The translations under genes and the position numbers were made by a program. A stretch of DNA of 62,207 nucleotides from an uncultured Alphaproteobacteria bacterium (GTDB lineage: Bacteria; Pseudomonadota; Alphaproteobacteria; Rs-D84), in assembly GCA_944389235.1 (NCBI GenBank), contig CALXLO010000004.1:1-62207 (forward strand), given 5' to 3'. How positions within the stretch are numbered: position 1 is the first letter of the stretch; each line of letters opens with the position of its first letter. Of the stretch, positions 34,920-45,488 are shown piece after piece. Below the pieces are notes generated by a model. The model was not told the DNA's origin. It made no database searches and worked only from the letters and a program-made list of their open reading frames with translations.

Positions 34920-36026
34920 ATGAATAAAATCATATACTTAGATGCTGCCGCCAGTGCATTAAAACCGGAATCGGTAATTTCGGCGCAGGTCGACTTTTTA
35001 CGCAATAATTACGCAAATGCTGGGCGCGGAATATGCGGCCGCGCCGCCGCGGTTGATGCCGCTGTTGCGGCGGCACGCGCCCGCGTGGCGGATTTTATAA
35101 ATGCAGATTCAGAACAAATTGTTTTCACATCTGGTGCGACAGATGGATTAAATCGTGTTGTTCGCATGATTCGCGCTTTGCCAGAATTTGCAACGCATAC
35201 GCCGGTTGTTGCCGTGTCTGATTTAGACCATCACAGCGCGCGTATGCCGTGGGCGGCATCTGATGCGGATGTGGTGGTATGTGAACTGAATTCGGAATAT
35301 AATTATGATATTGCGAAAATGCCTGACGCAGATGTTTTTGTTATTACGGCTATGTCTAATGTTTTAGGTATGCCGGTTGATGTGTCGGCATTAGTTAGTG
35401 CGATTCGCAAAAAAAATTCAAATGCAATTATTGTTGTGGATGCAGCGCAATATGTCGTTCATGCACCGATTGATGCGAAAAAATGGGACGCTGATTTTAT
35501 TTGTTTTTCTGGGCATAAAATCGGTGCAGATACAGGTGTCGGGATTTTGTATGTAAAAAATCCAGGTCGTTTTTTGCCAGATAAATTTGGTGGTGGCATG
35601 GTTGAACGAATTACTGGGGCACGGTCATGGACGCTAAATTCTGCCCCAGAACGATTTGAGGCTGGAACACTGCCGTTAACACAAATTATCGGGTTGGTTC
35701 CGGCAATTGACTATTGGCAATCGCATCGACCAGATTTGAACTTAATAAAATATTTATATGACAGATTGTCGGAAAATCCGCGTATAAAAATTATTTCATC
35801 GCGTGATGCGACACTGTTAACTTTTTATATAGATGGCATGCATATACTGGATTTTGGCGCCTATGTCGGTGCGCGTGGACTGTGTATGCGTGTTGGAAAT
35901 ATGTGTGCAGGATGGTTGCATAATTTGATTGGATTGACTGGTACAGCGCGAATATCTGTTGGACCATGGAATAATATTGATGATATGCAACATGCCAGCG
36001 ATATTATAATGGATGTAGTTAAATAA
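34920..36026 (+). CDS. sufS: cysteine desulfurase (class V aminotransferase, SufS/NifS-like, short form)
   Basis: YLDAAAS, FSGHKIGADTGVGILY (PLP lysine) and RVGNMCAGW (catalytic Cys loop). 368 aa. Confidence 0.8.
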   Translation: MNKIIYLDAAASALKPESVISAQVDFLRNNYANAGRGICGRAAAVDAAVAAARARVADFINADSEQIVFTSGATDGLNRVVRMIRALPEFATHTPVVAVSDLDHHSARMPWAASDADVVVCELNSEYNYDIAKMPDADVFVITAMSNVLGMPVDVSALVSAIRKKNSNAIIVVDAAQYVVHAPIDAKKWDADFICFSGHKIGADTGVGILYVKNPGRFLPDKFGGGMVERITGARSWTLNSAPERFEAGTLPLTQIIGLVPAIDYWQSHRPDLNLIKYLYDRLSENPRIKIISSRDATLLTFYIDGMHILDFGAYVGARGLCMRVGNMCAGWLHNLIGLTGTARISVGPWNNIDDMQHASDIIMDVVK

Positions 36027-36027
36027 A

Positions 36028-36342
36028 ATGATGCCGACCAAAGAAAATATAATAGAATGCTTGAAAACTGTGTATGACCCAGAAATTCCAGTAAATATAT
36101 GGGATTTGGGGTTAATCTATGATATCGCAATCGCGCCAAATGAAATTATTTTAACAATGACTTTTACCAGTCCGACTTGTCCTATGATGGAAGATTTATT
36201 GCAACAAGTTCGTGATGCGGTTGCAACGGTTGCTGGTGGGCGCGATGTAAAAATAGATTTAGTTTGGGACCCACCATGGGATTTGTCGCGTATGTCAGAT
36301 GCGGCGCGTCTGGACCTGGATTTAACAGAGCAGGGATGGTAA
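36028..36342 (+). CDS. sufT: DUF59 / SufT-like Fe-S assembly protein
   Basis: LKTVYDPEIPVNIWDLGLIYDI...TFTSPTCPMM, typical of DUF59. Confidence 0.8.
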   Translation: MMPTKENIIECLKTVYDPEIPVNIWDLGLIYDIAIAPNEIILTMTFTSPTCPMMEDLLQQVRDAVATVAGGRDVKIDLVWDPPWDLSRMSDAARLDLDLTEQGW

Positions 36343-36344
36343 TC

Positions 36345-36707
36345 ATGCAATATAGTGAAATGAAACAAATTTTATTGACGCTGACAGACCCTGCAGACAA
36401 GTTAGATGCAGTTATTGAATTTGGTCATCAAATGCCGGCTGTGCCGCACACAGCCCTATGCACCGAGATTTCTGGTTGCGCATCGCGTGCAGAAATTTGT
36501 CGTGATGGTAATAATTTTTATGGTCGTGCCGATTCGGAATTAGTACGCGGAATTATTGCAATTTTAACAGCAATGGTTGATGGCAAATCGCCGGATGATA
36601 TAAAAAAGATGAACTTGGAACATGAATTTATGTCGTTGAATCTGGCATTAGGAACTGGCCGATTGGGTGGGGTAAATTCAATGATTCGTTTTTTGCAGAA
36701 TTTATGA
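36345..36707 (+). CDS. sufE: SufE-like sulfur acceptor
   Basis: EISGCASRAEI (acceptor Cys loop), ADSELVRGIIAIL, GGVNSMIRFLQ. Start at MQYSEM (ATG 36345). Confidence 0.75.
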   Translation: MQYSEMKQILLTLTDPADKLDAVIEFGHQMPAVPHTALCTEISGCASRAEICRDGNNFYGRADSELVRGIIAILTAMVDGKSPDDIKKMNLEHEFMSLNLALGTGRLGGVNSMIRFLQNL

Positions 36708-36744
36708 TAAAATTACACTGATTAATTGTCATGTGGGTGCATGT

Positions 36745-37047
36745 ATGGGCGAAGAAGAAAAAATGTTTCAAATTGGGTTGTGGTCGTTGATACTTGTCGC
36801 CGTGCTGATGGCGGCGTTACAGGTGTGTTATCGTACGCAGAATCGTGCATTGGACAGTACGCGCAAACAAATTGTTGAATTACAGCAAAAAACAGCAGTT
36901 GCCCAGGCAAATTTCGCATCTTATGTGCGGCCAGAAATATTGCGCAATTTGGTGGTCAGTATTTCGCCTGATGCCGAAGCAATCAGTTTTCACAAAACTG
37001 TTTCCATAGACGAATTACCAACTAAAATGCCGACAGTACAAGAATAA
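36745..37047 (+). CDS. ftsL: FtsL-like cell-division protein
   Basis: Small bitopic protein: a TM segment (GLWSLILVAVLMAAL) followed by a coiled coil, immediately upstream of ftsI. Start ambiguous: GTG 36733, ATG 36745 or ATG 36763. Confidence 0.6.
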   Translation: MGEEEKMFQIGLWSLILVAVLMAALQVCYRTQNRALDSTRKQIVELQQKTAVAQANFASYVRPEILRNLVVSISPDAEAISFHKTVSIDELPTKMPTVQE

Positions 37048-38673
37048 ATGTTTGAAATAGGCAGGGATATTTTTAAGCATGGCTTTACAGGTGCGCCAAA
37101 TAATAAAGCGGGGCATCGTCGTTTGCGTGCGATATATTATGTATTTGTTGCCGCGTTTGTTGTGTTTGCGCTGCGGACAATATGGTTGGGGATAGAAGGA
37201 ACAGATAAATCGCGATTAGCCGGAAACAGTGGTGAATGGGCGGTACAACGCGCCGATATTGTTGACCGAAATGGCGATATATTGGCGAAAAATGTAATGT
37301 CTGGACGGATTGTGCTGCGGCCACCGCGTGTCAAAGATATAGACGGGGCGGCAAATGCAATTCATTCGGCGATGCCGTATGAATTTACCGTGGCTGATGC
37401 GTTAAAATTGATTAATTCTGGACGCAAATTTATTTCTTTGAAAAATTTTGCCAGTGATGCTGAACTGGCAGTCATAGAATCAGCAGATATTGCCGGCCTG
37501 GATGTAGAGCCGGTACAAATGCGCAGATATCCAAAACGGCGACTGTTTTCACATGTTGTTGGTTTTGTTGGTGTTGATGGTCATGGACTGGAAGGGGCTG
37601 AATTAATATACGATGATTATTTGCGTGAAAATACCAGCCCGCTGCGATTATCACTGGATGCACGAATACAATCTGTGTTTTATGAACAATTATCCCAGGC
37701 AATGCAGTTATATGAAGCCAAGGCCGCGATGGGCTTACTGATGAATTCGCAAACAGGTGAAATGATTGCAATGGTGTCTTTGCCTGATTTTGACCCAGAA
37801 AACAGACAATTGGACCCTGTACGCAATCGCATGTTTATGCCATTGCGCGGTGTGTTTGAAATGGGGTCTATATTCAAAATATTTAATACCGCTATGGCGA
37901 TGGAAAATGGTATTGACAAAGAATATTATATTGCAGAACCGTTTGTAATACCCGATAAATTCGGACGCGTTGCCGCCAGGGTAACAGACCTGCGCAGTTT
38001 CAAACCGCCGCGTCCAAATTTAACAATTGAAGAAATAATGATGTATTCGTGTAATGTCGGCAGTGCACAAATTGCATTAGAGTTGCCTGATGGTACACAA
38101 CAAGAATTTTTCCACAGATTACATCTGGATGATGCGCTGGATTTAGACTTTGGGCGTACAGAACATCCATTATTGCCGGACAAGTGGGGACCGGTTGAAC
38201 GCGCGACTATGTCTTATGGACATGGGATATCGGTAACACCAATGCATCTGTTGTTGGCTGTAAACGCCATGACTAATGGTGGAATATATATTTATCCGAC
38301 TTTGTTGCGGCGCGGGGTTGGTGTTGTGCATGGACAACGCGTTTTGTCTGCCGAGATATCAGCCCGATTACGCCAAATAATGTTGCAAGTCGCCGAAGAA
38401 ACCAGTGGTCGCCAAGCGCGAATCGCGGGGATTCAAATTGGTGGTAAAACCGCAACCGCAGAAAAATATGTGAATGGACGCATTGACCACAGAAAAAATT
38501 TGACCGCTTTTGTGGGAATCTTTCCGGCATCTGCGCCACAATATACTATATTAGTTATTTTGGATGAACCCCAGGCAACCGCGGCTGCGCACGGTGTGCG
38601 TACAGCTGCGTATAATGCGGTTCCAACAACAGGTAAAATCTTGGACAGTATACTGCCGTTGCTATTTGAATAA
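37048..38673 (+). CDS. ftsI: penicillin-binding protein (class B transpeptidase, FtsI/PBP3-like)
   Basis: N-terminal TM segment and a dimerisation domain. Transpeptidase motifs SIFK, SCN, KTAT. Confidence 0.9.
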   Translation: MFEIGRDIFKHGFTGAPNNKAGHRRLRAIYYVFVAAFVVFALRTIWLGIEGTDKSRLAGNSGEWAVQRADIVDRNGDILAKNVMSGRIVLRPPRVKDIDGAANAIHSAMPYEFTVADALKLINSGRKFISLKNFASDAELAVIESADIAGLDVEPVQMRRYPKRRLFSHVVGFVGVDGHGLEGAELIYDDYLRENTSPLRLSLDARIQSVFYEQLSQAMQLYEAKAAMGLLMNSQTGEMIAMVSLPDFDPENRQLDPVRNRMFMPLRGVFEMGSIFKIFNTAMAMENGIDKEYYIAEPFVIPDKFGRVAARVTDLRSFKPPRPNLTIEEIMMYSCNVGSAQIALELPDGTQQEFFHRLHLDDALDLDFGRTEHPLLPDKWGPVERATMSYGHGISVTPMHLLLAVNAMTNGGIYIYPTLLRRGVGVVHGQRVLSAEISARLRQIMLQVAEETSGRQARIAGIQIGGKTATAEKYVNGRIDHRKNLTAFVGIFPASAPQYTILVILDEPQATAAAHGVRTAAYNAVPTTGKILDSILPLLFE

Positions 38674-38714
38674 TTTTTGATTATAATTAGCCTGATAATA
38701 AAAAAGAGTATAGC

Positions 38715-40478
38715 GTGAGAAAAGTAGTAGACAAGTCCGTGCTGGGCCAGGCATGGGCGGTGGCGACATGTCCAGGTGATAAAGAGGGTTTGTGTCAGGC
38801 TGATAATTTAGTGCAAAGAATATTGATGACACGCGGTATTACCGACATGGCATCTATGGAAAAATTCTTGAACCCTAGTATCAAGGAATATATGCCTAAT
38901 CCGTCTGTGTTGCATGATATGGATATCGCCGCGCGTTTGATTGCTGACGCGGTGTTAAGTCATAAAAAAATTGCGATTTATGGTGATTATGATGTCGACG
39001 GAATTACATCAACCGCAATTTTCGTAAAGTATTTGCGTGCGTTGGGATGTGATGTTATGTGGCATTTACCAACACGCGAAGGCGAAGGTTATGGATTAAA
39101 TATTGCCGCGGTTGATGATATTGCGCGGGCTGGCGCACAGATGATGATAACGGTCGATTGCGGAATCAGCGGAAATTCCGAAGTGGCACATGCACGGGCA
39201 ATAGGAATGCAGGTTATTATAACAGACCATCATTCGCCTGATTCGGTCTTGCCAGATGCAGACGCAGTCATTAACCCAAAGCGCACAGATGATACATCTG
39301 GCTTATCGTACTTGGCGGGGGTTGGGGTTGCGTTTTTGACGCTGGTCGCGTTGCGCCGTGAATTAAAATCACGCCCGCTGGCGGCAGATATGGCACAGCG
39401 GGTTGATGATACTAATTTGATGAACTTTCTTGATTTAGTCGCATTGGGTACAATTTGCGATACTATGCCATTGGTTGGCTTAAATCGTGCTTTTGTCGCC
39501 ACAGGATTAAAGGTTTTAGGTTTGCGACAAAATCTGGGGCTGCGAACATTAATGGATGTTGCGGGTATAAAAAAGCCATCTGTATATGCCGCAGGATTTG
39601 CATTGGGACCGCGATTGAATGCCGCAGGACGACTGGATTCAGCCGCGCCGGCATTGGAATTATTGTTAACAGATAATCCGTTGGTGGCAAATGATTTAGC
39701 GCAGCGCTTGCATGCCATGAACCAAGAACGCATAGATATACAAAATGCAATTATGTTATCGGCAAATGATTTGGCGAAAAAATGTTGTGATAGCGGTCGG
39801 TGCAGTTTATATGTATGTGGTGATAATTGGCATGGCGGCGTTATGGGAATAATTGCCGGACGATTAAAAGATAAATATAATTTACCATCATGTGTTGCAA
39901 CGCGTTCTGATGGGGTTGTTAACGGGTCTGGACGGTCAATACCTGGTGTGGATTTAGGACGAATAATACATGATGCACTGGCAAATGGTATTTTAAGTGA
40001 GGGTGGGGGGCATGCGGCAGCGGCTGGTTTTTCTTTATCTGCGGAAAACGAGGTCGCATTTTGTGATTTCTTGGAACAATCTGTTAAAGAACAATTAAAT
40101 GGCGAAATGCCGCACCAGGAAATTGTTGCCGATGCAGAAATAGATGCCGGTGGTGCAACAATGAAATTGGTTAATAAGTTAAGTGCGCTGGAACCTTTTG
40201 GGCAAGGCAACCCAGAACCAATGTTGATTTTGCATGGTGCGGTATTGCGTTATGCCGCTGTGATGGGTAATGGGGCGCATCTGCGTGGGGCGGTGGCAAC
40301 CAGTGCGGGGACGCAATTATCGTTTGTTGGTTTTAATTTGGTTGGTACACCGGTTGGTGATTTTTTGCTGGACGACGCAAATGCAAACACTAAAATAATA
40401 ATGTTGGGACGGCTGAAAGAAAATGAGTATAACGGTCGTGTCAATGCTCAATTTTTTATAGAAGATATCGCAATTTGA
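38715..40478 (+). CDS. recJ: single-stranded-DNA-specific exonuclease RecJ
   Basis: DHH motifs: IYGDYDVDGITS, VDCG, ITDHH. DHHA1 motif GGGHAAAAG and a C-terminal OB-like domain. GTG start. Confidence 0.95.
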   Translation: MRKVVDKSVLGQAWAVATCPGDKEGLCQADNLVQRILMTRGITDMASMEKFLNPSIKEYMPNPSVLHDMDIAARLIADAVLSHKKIAIYGDYDVDGITSTAIFVKYLRALGCDVMWHLPTREGEGYGLNIAAVDDIARAGAQMMITVDCGISGNSEVAHARAIGMQVIITDHHSPDSVLPDADAVINPKRTDDTSGLSYLAGVGVAFLTLVALRRELKSRPLAADMAQRVDDTNLMNFLDLVALGTICDTMPLVGLNRAFVATGLKVLGLRQNLGLRTLMDVAGIKKPSVYAAGFALGPRLNAAGRLDSAAPALELLLTDNPLVANDLAQRLHAMNQERIDIQNAIMLSANDLAKKCCDSGRCSLYVCGDNWHGGVMGIIAGRLKDKYNLPSCVATRSDGVVNGSGRSIPGVDLGRIIHDALANGILSEGGGHAAAAGFSLSAENEVAFCDFLEQSVKEQLNGEMPHQEIVADAEIDAGGATMKLVNKLSALEPFGQGNPEPMLILHGAVLRYAAVMGNGAHLRGAVATSAGTQLSFVGFNLVGTPVGDFLLDDANANTKIIMLGRLKENEYNGRVNAQFFIEDIAI

Positions 40479-40483
40479 AAGAT

Positions 40484-41443
40484 ATGAATACAAATGATAT
40501 AGAAATCTTGGTCGGAAAAATACAATCCGCAAAAAATATCTTGATTGCAGGGCATAAAAACCCTGACGGTGATTCGTTATGTTCTGTATTGGCGTTGGGA
40601 CGATTGATAAAGTTGAATTTCGGCAAAGATGCAGTGTGTGTTTATGATGGAAATATTCCTGATATGCTGGATGGTGTGCCAATCCGGGATGATATTCGTT
40701 ATATTGGGCATGTGGATTTAACCACGCCGTTTGATTTGGCGATTATTTTAGATTATGGTTCTGTGAATAATATCGGCGGGGTTATGCCGGCACTAGAATC
40801 TGCGGGGTTTGTAATAGAAATTGACCACCATAAAAATGATGCGCCGGTTGCGAATTTATGTATAAATGAAATTAATGCGGCGGCAGTTGGTGAAATTATT
40901 TTTAATATTTCAAATAAATTAAATTGGGTGCGTGATGATGAAACAAATGAATTAATTGCGACATCTATAATTACGGATACTGGGAACTTCAAGTATGTAC
41001 GCAATGGCAATGTTTTTCGCATAATTGCGGAATTGGTTGATGCCGGGGTAAATATTGAATCTATATTTAATTCATTAAATAACAAGCCACGCAGAACAGT
41101 ATTAACCGAAGCAGGCGTTGTTTCAAGAACAGAGTTTTTATATCGTGGTCGTGTTGCGTTGGCAACCATTGATGCCCAAGATTATAAAAAGATAGATGGT
41201 CGCGGAAATCTTATTTTAATGCTGTTGGGGCAAATCAAGGGTGTAGAATATGTCATCGTATTAAAGCGACAGAAAGAAAATCAAACCGGCGTTTCGCTGC
41301 GCAGTAAATCTAGACCAATTGATAGTGTTGCCATGGCGTTGGGTGGCGGCGGTCATCCGTATGCCGCAGGGGCGGTTGTGCGTGAAAAGTTGGATGTTGT
41401 ACGCGCCAAAGTAATTGAATTAATAAAGGAGATTCTGAAATGA
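40484..41443 (+). CDS. nrnA: DHH/DHHA1 phosphoesterase (NrnA-like oligoribonuclease / pAp phosphatase)
   Basis: Motifs GHKNPDGDSLCS, EIDHH, GGGGHPYAAG. Start could also be TTG 40475, overlapping the recJ stop. Confidence 0.85.
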   Translation: MNTNDIEILVGKIQSAKNILIAGHKNPDGDSLCSVLALGRLIKLNFGKDAVCVYDGNIPDMLDGVPIRDDIRYIGHVDLTTPFDLAIILDYGSVNNIGGVMPALESAGFVIEIDHHKNDAPVANLCINEINAAAVGEIIFNISNKLNWVRDDETNELIATSIITDTGNFKYVRNGNVFRIIAELVDAGVNIESIFNSLNNKPRRTVLTEAGVVSRTEFLYRGRVALATIDAQDYKKIDGRGNLILMLLGQIKGVEYVIVLKRQKENQTGVSLRSKSRPIDSVAMALGGGGHPYAAGAVVREKLDVVRAKVIELIKEILK

Positions 41444-42057
41444 TGCAAAAAATATTTGTCGCAGTTATTGGAATCTTGTTATGTGTTAACGCAAATGCCG
41501 CAGTGGATTCTGCATTGGTTGCGGCGGCGCAAAAATATCTTAATTCAATCACTGGTTTGGCGGGCGGATTTGTGCAAACGGCAAATGGGGAACAGCAACG
41601 CGGAAATTTCGCAATGTTGCGACCGGGACGGGTGCGTTTAGATTATGATAATATGCCGGTGCAACTGATTTCTGATGGAACAGATTTATATTTTTATGAC
41701 AAATCATTGGAACAAATTACAACTGTGCCGTTAACCAGTACACCTGCGGGAATATTAGTGCGACAAAATATAGATTTAGAAAATGCAGATATTAATGTTA
41801 TGGAAACGAATCGTGATAAAGATACTTTTTCATTAAAAATGAATCTGCGGGGGCAAGAAGGCATTGGTAATATGACAGTTGTGTTTAATTCAAATCCTGT
41901 ACAGTTAAACGCATGGAGTGTTGTTGATGCAACCGGTGCAAAAACAGATGTTGTCTTTTACGATTTACAAACTAAAACTAATTTTGGCAACGATTATTTT
42001 CAAATTCAAAAACACAGAACTGTCAGCACCAGTGGTGGCGATGCTTTCTATGATTAA
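41440..42057 (+). CDS. lolA: LolA-like outer-membrane lipoprotein carrier protein
   Basis: Signal peptide. F.Q....G......G.F...RPGRVRLDY pattern. ATGA overlap with nrnA. Confidence 0.75.
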   Translation: MMQKIFVAVIGILLCVNANAAVDSALVAAAQKYLNSITGLAGGFVQTANGEQQRGNFAMLRPGRVRLDYDNMPVQLISDGTDLYFYDKSLEQITTVPLTSTPAGILVRQNIDLENADINVMETNRDKDTFSLKMNLRGQEGIGNMTVVFNSNPVQLNAWSVVDATGAKTDVVFYDLQTKTNFGNDYFQIQKHRTVSTSGGDAFYD

Positions 42058-42059
42058 CA

Positions 42060-42374
42060 ATGTTTGGTATAAGTTGGTCTGAATTTTTAGTTATATTGTT
42101 GGTTGGCGTGTTGGTAATCCCAGCACGAATGTGGCCTGATGTTGCGCGTTTCTTGGCGCGGGCAGTTTCGTTTGTGCGGCGTATTGTGTGGAAAATAACA
42201 GATGCGTCTGATAATATACGCCGACAAATTGATTTAGAAAAACCAATTGATGATTTAATCAGAACAACAACATCTGATGTACTGGATGGAATATCGGAAC
42301 CATTAAAAAAACGCAGCAAGACAACAATCAAAGGCGGAAATAAAAAACACACGCATCAGGGGGGCAAAAAATGA
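42060..42374 (+). CDS. tatB: twin-arginine translocase subunit TatB
   Basis: MFGISWSEFLVILLVGVLVIPARMWPDVARFLARAV. Lies upstream of tatC and overlaps it. Confidence 0.85.
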   Translation: MFGISWSEFLVILLVGVLVIPARMWPDVARFLARAVSFVRRIVWKITDASDNIRRQIDLEKPIDDLIRTTTSDVLDGISEPLKKRSKTTIKGGNKKHTHQGGKK

Positions 42375-43096
42375 AAACCATGACAATGGGTCAACATTTT
42401 GCCGAACTGCGTCGTCGTATATTATGGACCTTGGCGGTGTTTGTTGTTGCATTGATTGCTGGATGGTATATTTCGCCATGGTTGCAAGAATTTTTAACTA
42501 TGCCGCTAATGCAGGTTTGGCCTGATGGGGCGTTATTATATTCCGGTATGGCGGACGGTTTAATGATTCGTTTTTCTTTGGCTGTGTTGTTCGGGTTGAT
42601 AATTGTATTACCGTTTGCGCTGTGGCAATTATGGGCCTTTGTCGCACCGGGTTTGCATGCGCGTGAACAGCGAATTATATGGCCGATTTTAATTTGTTCA
42701 CCGTTGTTGTTTATATTGGGTGCTGCGTTTGCTTTTTATGTTTTGTTTCCATTTGTGTTCCAATTTTTTATTGAATTAAATACTGCGGCACCGGTACCAG
42801 CTGTGGTAATGCCAGCAGCGCGTGATTATTTATCTTTTTCTGTGGATATGTTAAAGGTTTTTGGTGTGGCATTTCAGTTGCCGTTGGTGTTGGTGTTGTT
42901 AAACAGGGTGGGTGTGCTGTCGCGCGCGCGCGCGGTAAAAATGCGCAGATATGTAATTGTTTTAATCGTGATTATTGCTGCTGTTTTAACACCACCGGAT
43001 GTTGTATCACAAATCTTGTTGGCTTTGCCGATGTGGGGATTGTTTGAAGCCAGCTTGATTTTTATGCGTGATGATAAATTGGATAACAAAGCATAG
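42371..43096 (+). CDS. tatC: twin-arginine translocase subunit TatC
   Basis: 6-TM protein. Motifs HFAELRRRIL and WAFVAPGLHAREQR. Confidence 0.95.
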   Translation: MKTMTMGQHFAELRRRILWTLAVFVVALIAGWYISPWLQEFLTMPLMQVWPDGALLYSGMADGLMIRFSLAVLFGLIIVLPFALWQLWAFVAPGLHAREQRIIWPILICSPLLFILGAAFAFYVLFPFVFQFFIELNTAAPVPAVVMPAARDYLSFSVDMLKVFGVAFQLPLVLVLLNRVGVLSRARAVKMRRYVIVLIVIIAAVLTPPDVVSQILLALPMWGLFEASLIFMRDDKLDNKA

Positions 43097-43140
43097 AGCA
43101 GGGTATTTATTTATTTATGAAATTGTGATATAATACCCGT

Positions 43141-44415
43141 GTGAAAAAAATCTGGCTTATTTTTATGGGGGGCTGTATTGCGGCATTGTCCGCATGTGAT
43201 TTACAGCCAAAAATTATTTCATTGCCTGATACAGTTGGGGAATTTATTTCGTCGCGTTATCCTGCGTTGTTGGCGGACCCAGAAACTCAACCGGAAATTT
43301 ATAATTCTGCGGCGACTGATTATGGGGTGTACGCATCGCCAACATTATATGGTTCTGTACAAAATGAAGAATATGTTGAATACGCCAGTGTTAATGACTA
43401 TATCGTGCCGCCGTCGGTATCAGATATGTATGGCGCAGCACCGGTTGATTCAGGTGAACCGATTGTTGCGGCGCAAACAGATGGGGGGGCATCTGGTCAA
43501 TATTTGCGTGTCCCGATGTATTATGGTAATGCCGCGGCATCTGGGACAGAAATCACAGTTGCGGCGGGTGATACACTGTATTCGCTGGCGAAACAATATA
43601 ATACTTCGGTGGACCAGTTGGCACGCGCAAATAATTTAGATGCGCCGTATACGCTGTCGGTTGGGCAAAAGTTGATTGTGCCGAACAATGCATCGGTTGA
43701 TATGGCGGGGGGGCAGCAGACGCTTAAAACAACACCAACAAAAACAACTACGCGTGTGCAGTTGCGTGAAATTACGGTTGCGGCGGGTGATACTTTGTAT
43801 TCTTTATCGCGTAAATATTCTGTGCCGGTTAATGATTTAGCGGTTATGAACGATTTGTCTGCGCCGTTTACTTTGTCTGTGGGACAACGGATAAAAGTAC
43901 CTAATTTAGATAGTGCACCGGTTGTATCAAGAAGTACTGCAAGTACTGGTGCGACCCAATCAACAGTGGCAAGTGCGACCGCCAAGGAAAAAATATCATC
44001 AGACCCAAAGCAAAAATTACCGACAATCAGTGCGCGTTCTTCGTCTAAATTTTCTTGGCCGGTGCGTGGCAAGATTTTGTCCCATTATGGTGCAAAATCA
44101 GGTGGGTTATTTAACGATGGTATCAACATTGGTGCCGCACGCGGTACGCCTGTTGTGGCGGCAGAAAACGGTGTTGTTGCCTATGCCGGAAATGAAGTCA
44201 AAGGTATGGGAAACCTGATAATTATACAGCATTCTGGTGGTTGGATGACGGTATACGCACATTTGGATTCAATGAATGTTCGTCGTGGAACCAAGGTATC
44301 TGTCGGACAAAAAATCGGCAGTATTGGCGAAACAGGCAAGGTTGACCAGCCACAATTGCACTTTGAAATACGCAAAGGTACAAAGGCGTATAACCCATCA
44401 TCGTATCTGAAATAA
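43141..44415 (+). CDS. LysM-LysM-M23 peptidase lipoprotein (NlpD-like)
   Basis: GTG start and a lipobox (LSAC). Two LysM repeats (VAAGDTLYSLA..., VAAGDTLYSLSRKY...). M23 domain (GINIGAARGTPVVAAENGVVAYAG...HLHFEIR). Confidence 0.9.
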   Translation: MKKIWLIFMGGCIAALSACDLQPKIISLPDTVGEFISSRYPALLADPETQPEIYNSAATDYGVYASPTLYGSVQNEEYVEYASVNDYIVPPSVSDMYGAAPVDSGEPIVAAQTDGGASGQYLRVPMYYGNAAASGTEITVAAGDTLYSLAKQYNTSVDQLARANNLDAPYTLSVGQKLIVPNNASVDMAGGQQTLKTTPTKTTTRVQLREITVAAGDTLYSLSRKYSVPVNDLAVMNDLSAPFTLSVGQRIKVPNLDSAPVVSRSTASTGATQSTVASATAKEKISSDPKQKLPTISARSSSKFSWPVRGKILSHYGAKSGGLFNDGINIGAARGTPVVAAENGVVAYAGNEVKGMGNLIIIQHSGGWMTVYAHLDSMNVRRGTKVSVGQKIGSIGETGKVDQPQLHFEIRKGTKAYNPSSYLK

Positions 44416-44600
44416 AATTTATGTATGTGCATAAAATCCTGCATATACAGCCATTTTTGTGTAAGAAAAAACACATGATGCGTTGGGATTCGTGTGGGAA
44501 TTTTTTGTTTTCGTGCGGCAATGAAAAAGCCACACTTCGCGCTGGGCTTCGTGTGGCACTAAAATTTCTTAAACTCACTGCGTTCGTTAACGAAATTTTG

Positions 44601-44676
44601 TGGTGGGCGCGCAGGGACTCGAACCCTGGACCCACTGATTAAGAGTCAGTTGCTCTACCAACTGAGCTACGCACCC
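44601..44676 (-). tRNA. tRNA-Lys (anticodon CUU), CCA encoded
   Basis: The reverse complement GGGTGCGTAGCTCAGTTGGTAGAGCAACTGACTCTTAATCAGTGGGTCCAGGGTTCGAGTCCCTGCGCGCCCACCA folds into a 76-nt cloverleaf with a 7-bp acceptor stem including one G-U pair. A hairpin plus T-run follows on the minus strand. Confidence 0.95.
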
Positions 44677-44879
44677 GGGGTCCGTTTGCGACATCGTCGC
44701 ATTAATATTTTTTTACTGTGGTCAATTATAGACATTTTTTCAATGATTGCAAGGCTTTTTGTGGCGGATAAACGAATCGAATTTCAGGTATCCATACCTA
44801 TGCAAAGTTGTATTTATGTTTGATAGAATATGATTGTTGACATGAAAACTTTGATGCAACTAAACAAAAAGGAGAGAAA

Positions 44880-45488
44880 ATGAAAAAAATAGTTATATCA
44901 ACACTGGCCGTGCTGATTGCGTGTCCTGCGTTCGCTGGACAATATGGCAGTGGCAGCAGCTGGCAGTTATTTGGGCTGGACCCATATATTGGCCTGCGTG
45001 GCGGTGCCAGTTATACCAATTTGAATTACAGATTTAACGATGCCAAAGAATCTATTGGTGATATGGCGTTCCAAGGTCATGTCGCAATGGGTTTGGAAAT
45101 TTGTGATACTGTGCGTTCAGAAATTGAATGGTCTATATTCAGCAAAGCCGAAGATACCAAAAGCTTTGGTAATATCGCAGATGTAAGTGTTGATACAAAA
45201 ATGCAAACATTGTTGTGGAACACTTATTGGGAATTCGGTGGATATCATATCGTGCGTCCGTTCATAGGATTGGGTGCCGGTGTCGCGTTTGTTGATGTTA
45301 ATCGCAATATTCCAAATGGCGAATCGCTGGGCGAAAGCAAAACGCGCTTTTCTGCAATGGGGGCGTTGGGTATAACATTTGATATGGAACGCTTTGCAGT
45401 TGATATCGCGGCGCGTTATAACTATGTTGATATACATTCCGGATTGCATAATTTCGGTGGTGATATCGGCATTAGATTTATGTTCTAG
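44880..45488 (+). CDS. small 8-stranded-type outer-membrane beta-barrel protein (OmpA-beta-barrel / OmpW-like)
   Basis: Signal peptide ending PAFAGQ. GLRGGASY and a C-terminal GGDIGIRFMF. SD is AAGGAGAG. Confidence 0.7.
   Translation: MKKIVISTLAVLIACPAFAGQYGSGSSWQLFGLDPYIGLRGGASYTNLNYRFNDAKESIGDMAFQGHVAMGLEICDTVRSEIEWSIFSKAEDTKSFGNIADVSVDTKMQTLLWNTYWEFGGYHIVRPFIGLGAGVAFVDVNRNIPNGESLGESKTRFSAMGALGITFDMERFAVDIAARYNYVDIHSGLHNFGGDIGIRFMF

Noticed and set aside
39230-40210. A 326-aa ORF antisense to recJ.
   Set aside because: It lies entirely inside a strongly supported recJ coding region. Its composition is the Ser/Ala/Pro/Arg-rich type typical of a shadow frame. It has no SD or recognisable motif. 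I treat it as a non-coding shadow ORF.
38715-41443. Adjacent, overlapping DHH-family genes recJ and nrnA as a possible novel nuclease module.
   Set aside because: Both are standard housekeeping enzymes with complete canonical motifs. Their adjacency is unremarkable without further evidence.
44488-44570. An imperfect 18-19-nt direct repeat (gcgTtgggAttcgtgtgg / gcgCtgggCttcgtgtgg) that also resembles gcgttgggcttc at the 5' end of RNA copy 1.
   Set aside because: The second repeat is simply one arm of the minus-strand terminator hairpin downstream of tRNA-Lys. A 10/11 match to the RNA motif is about what chance predicts in 2 x 62 kb. No further RNA-motif helices follow.
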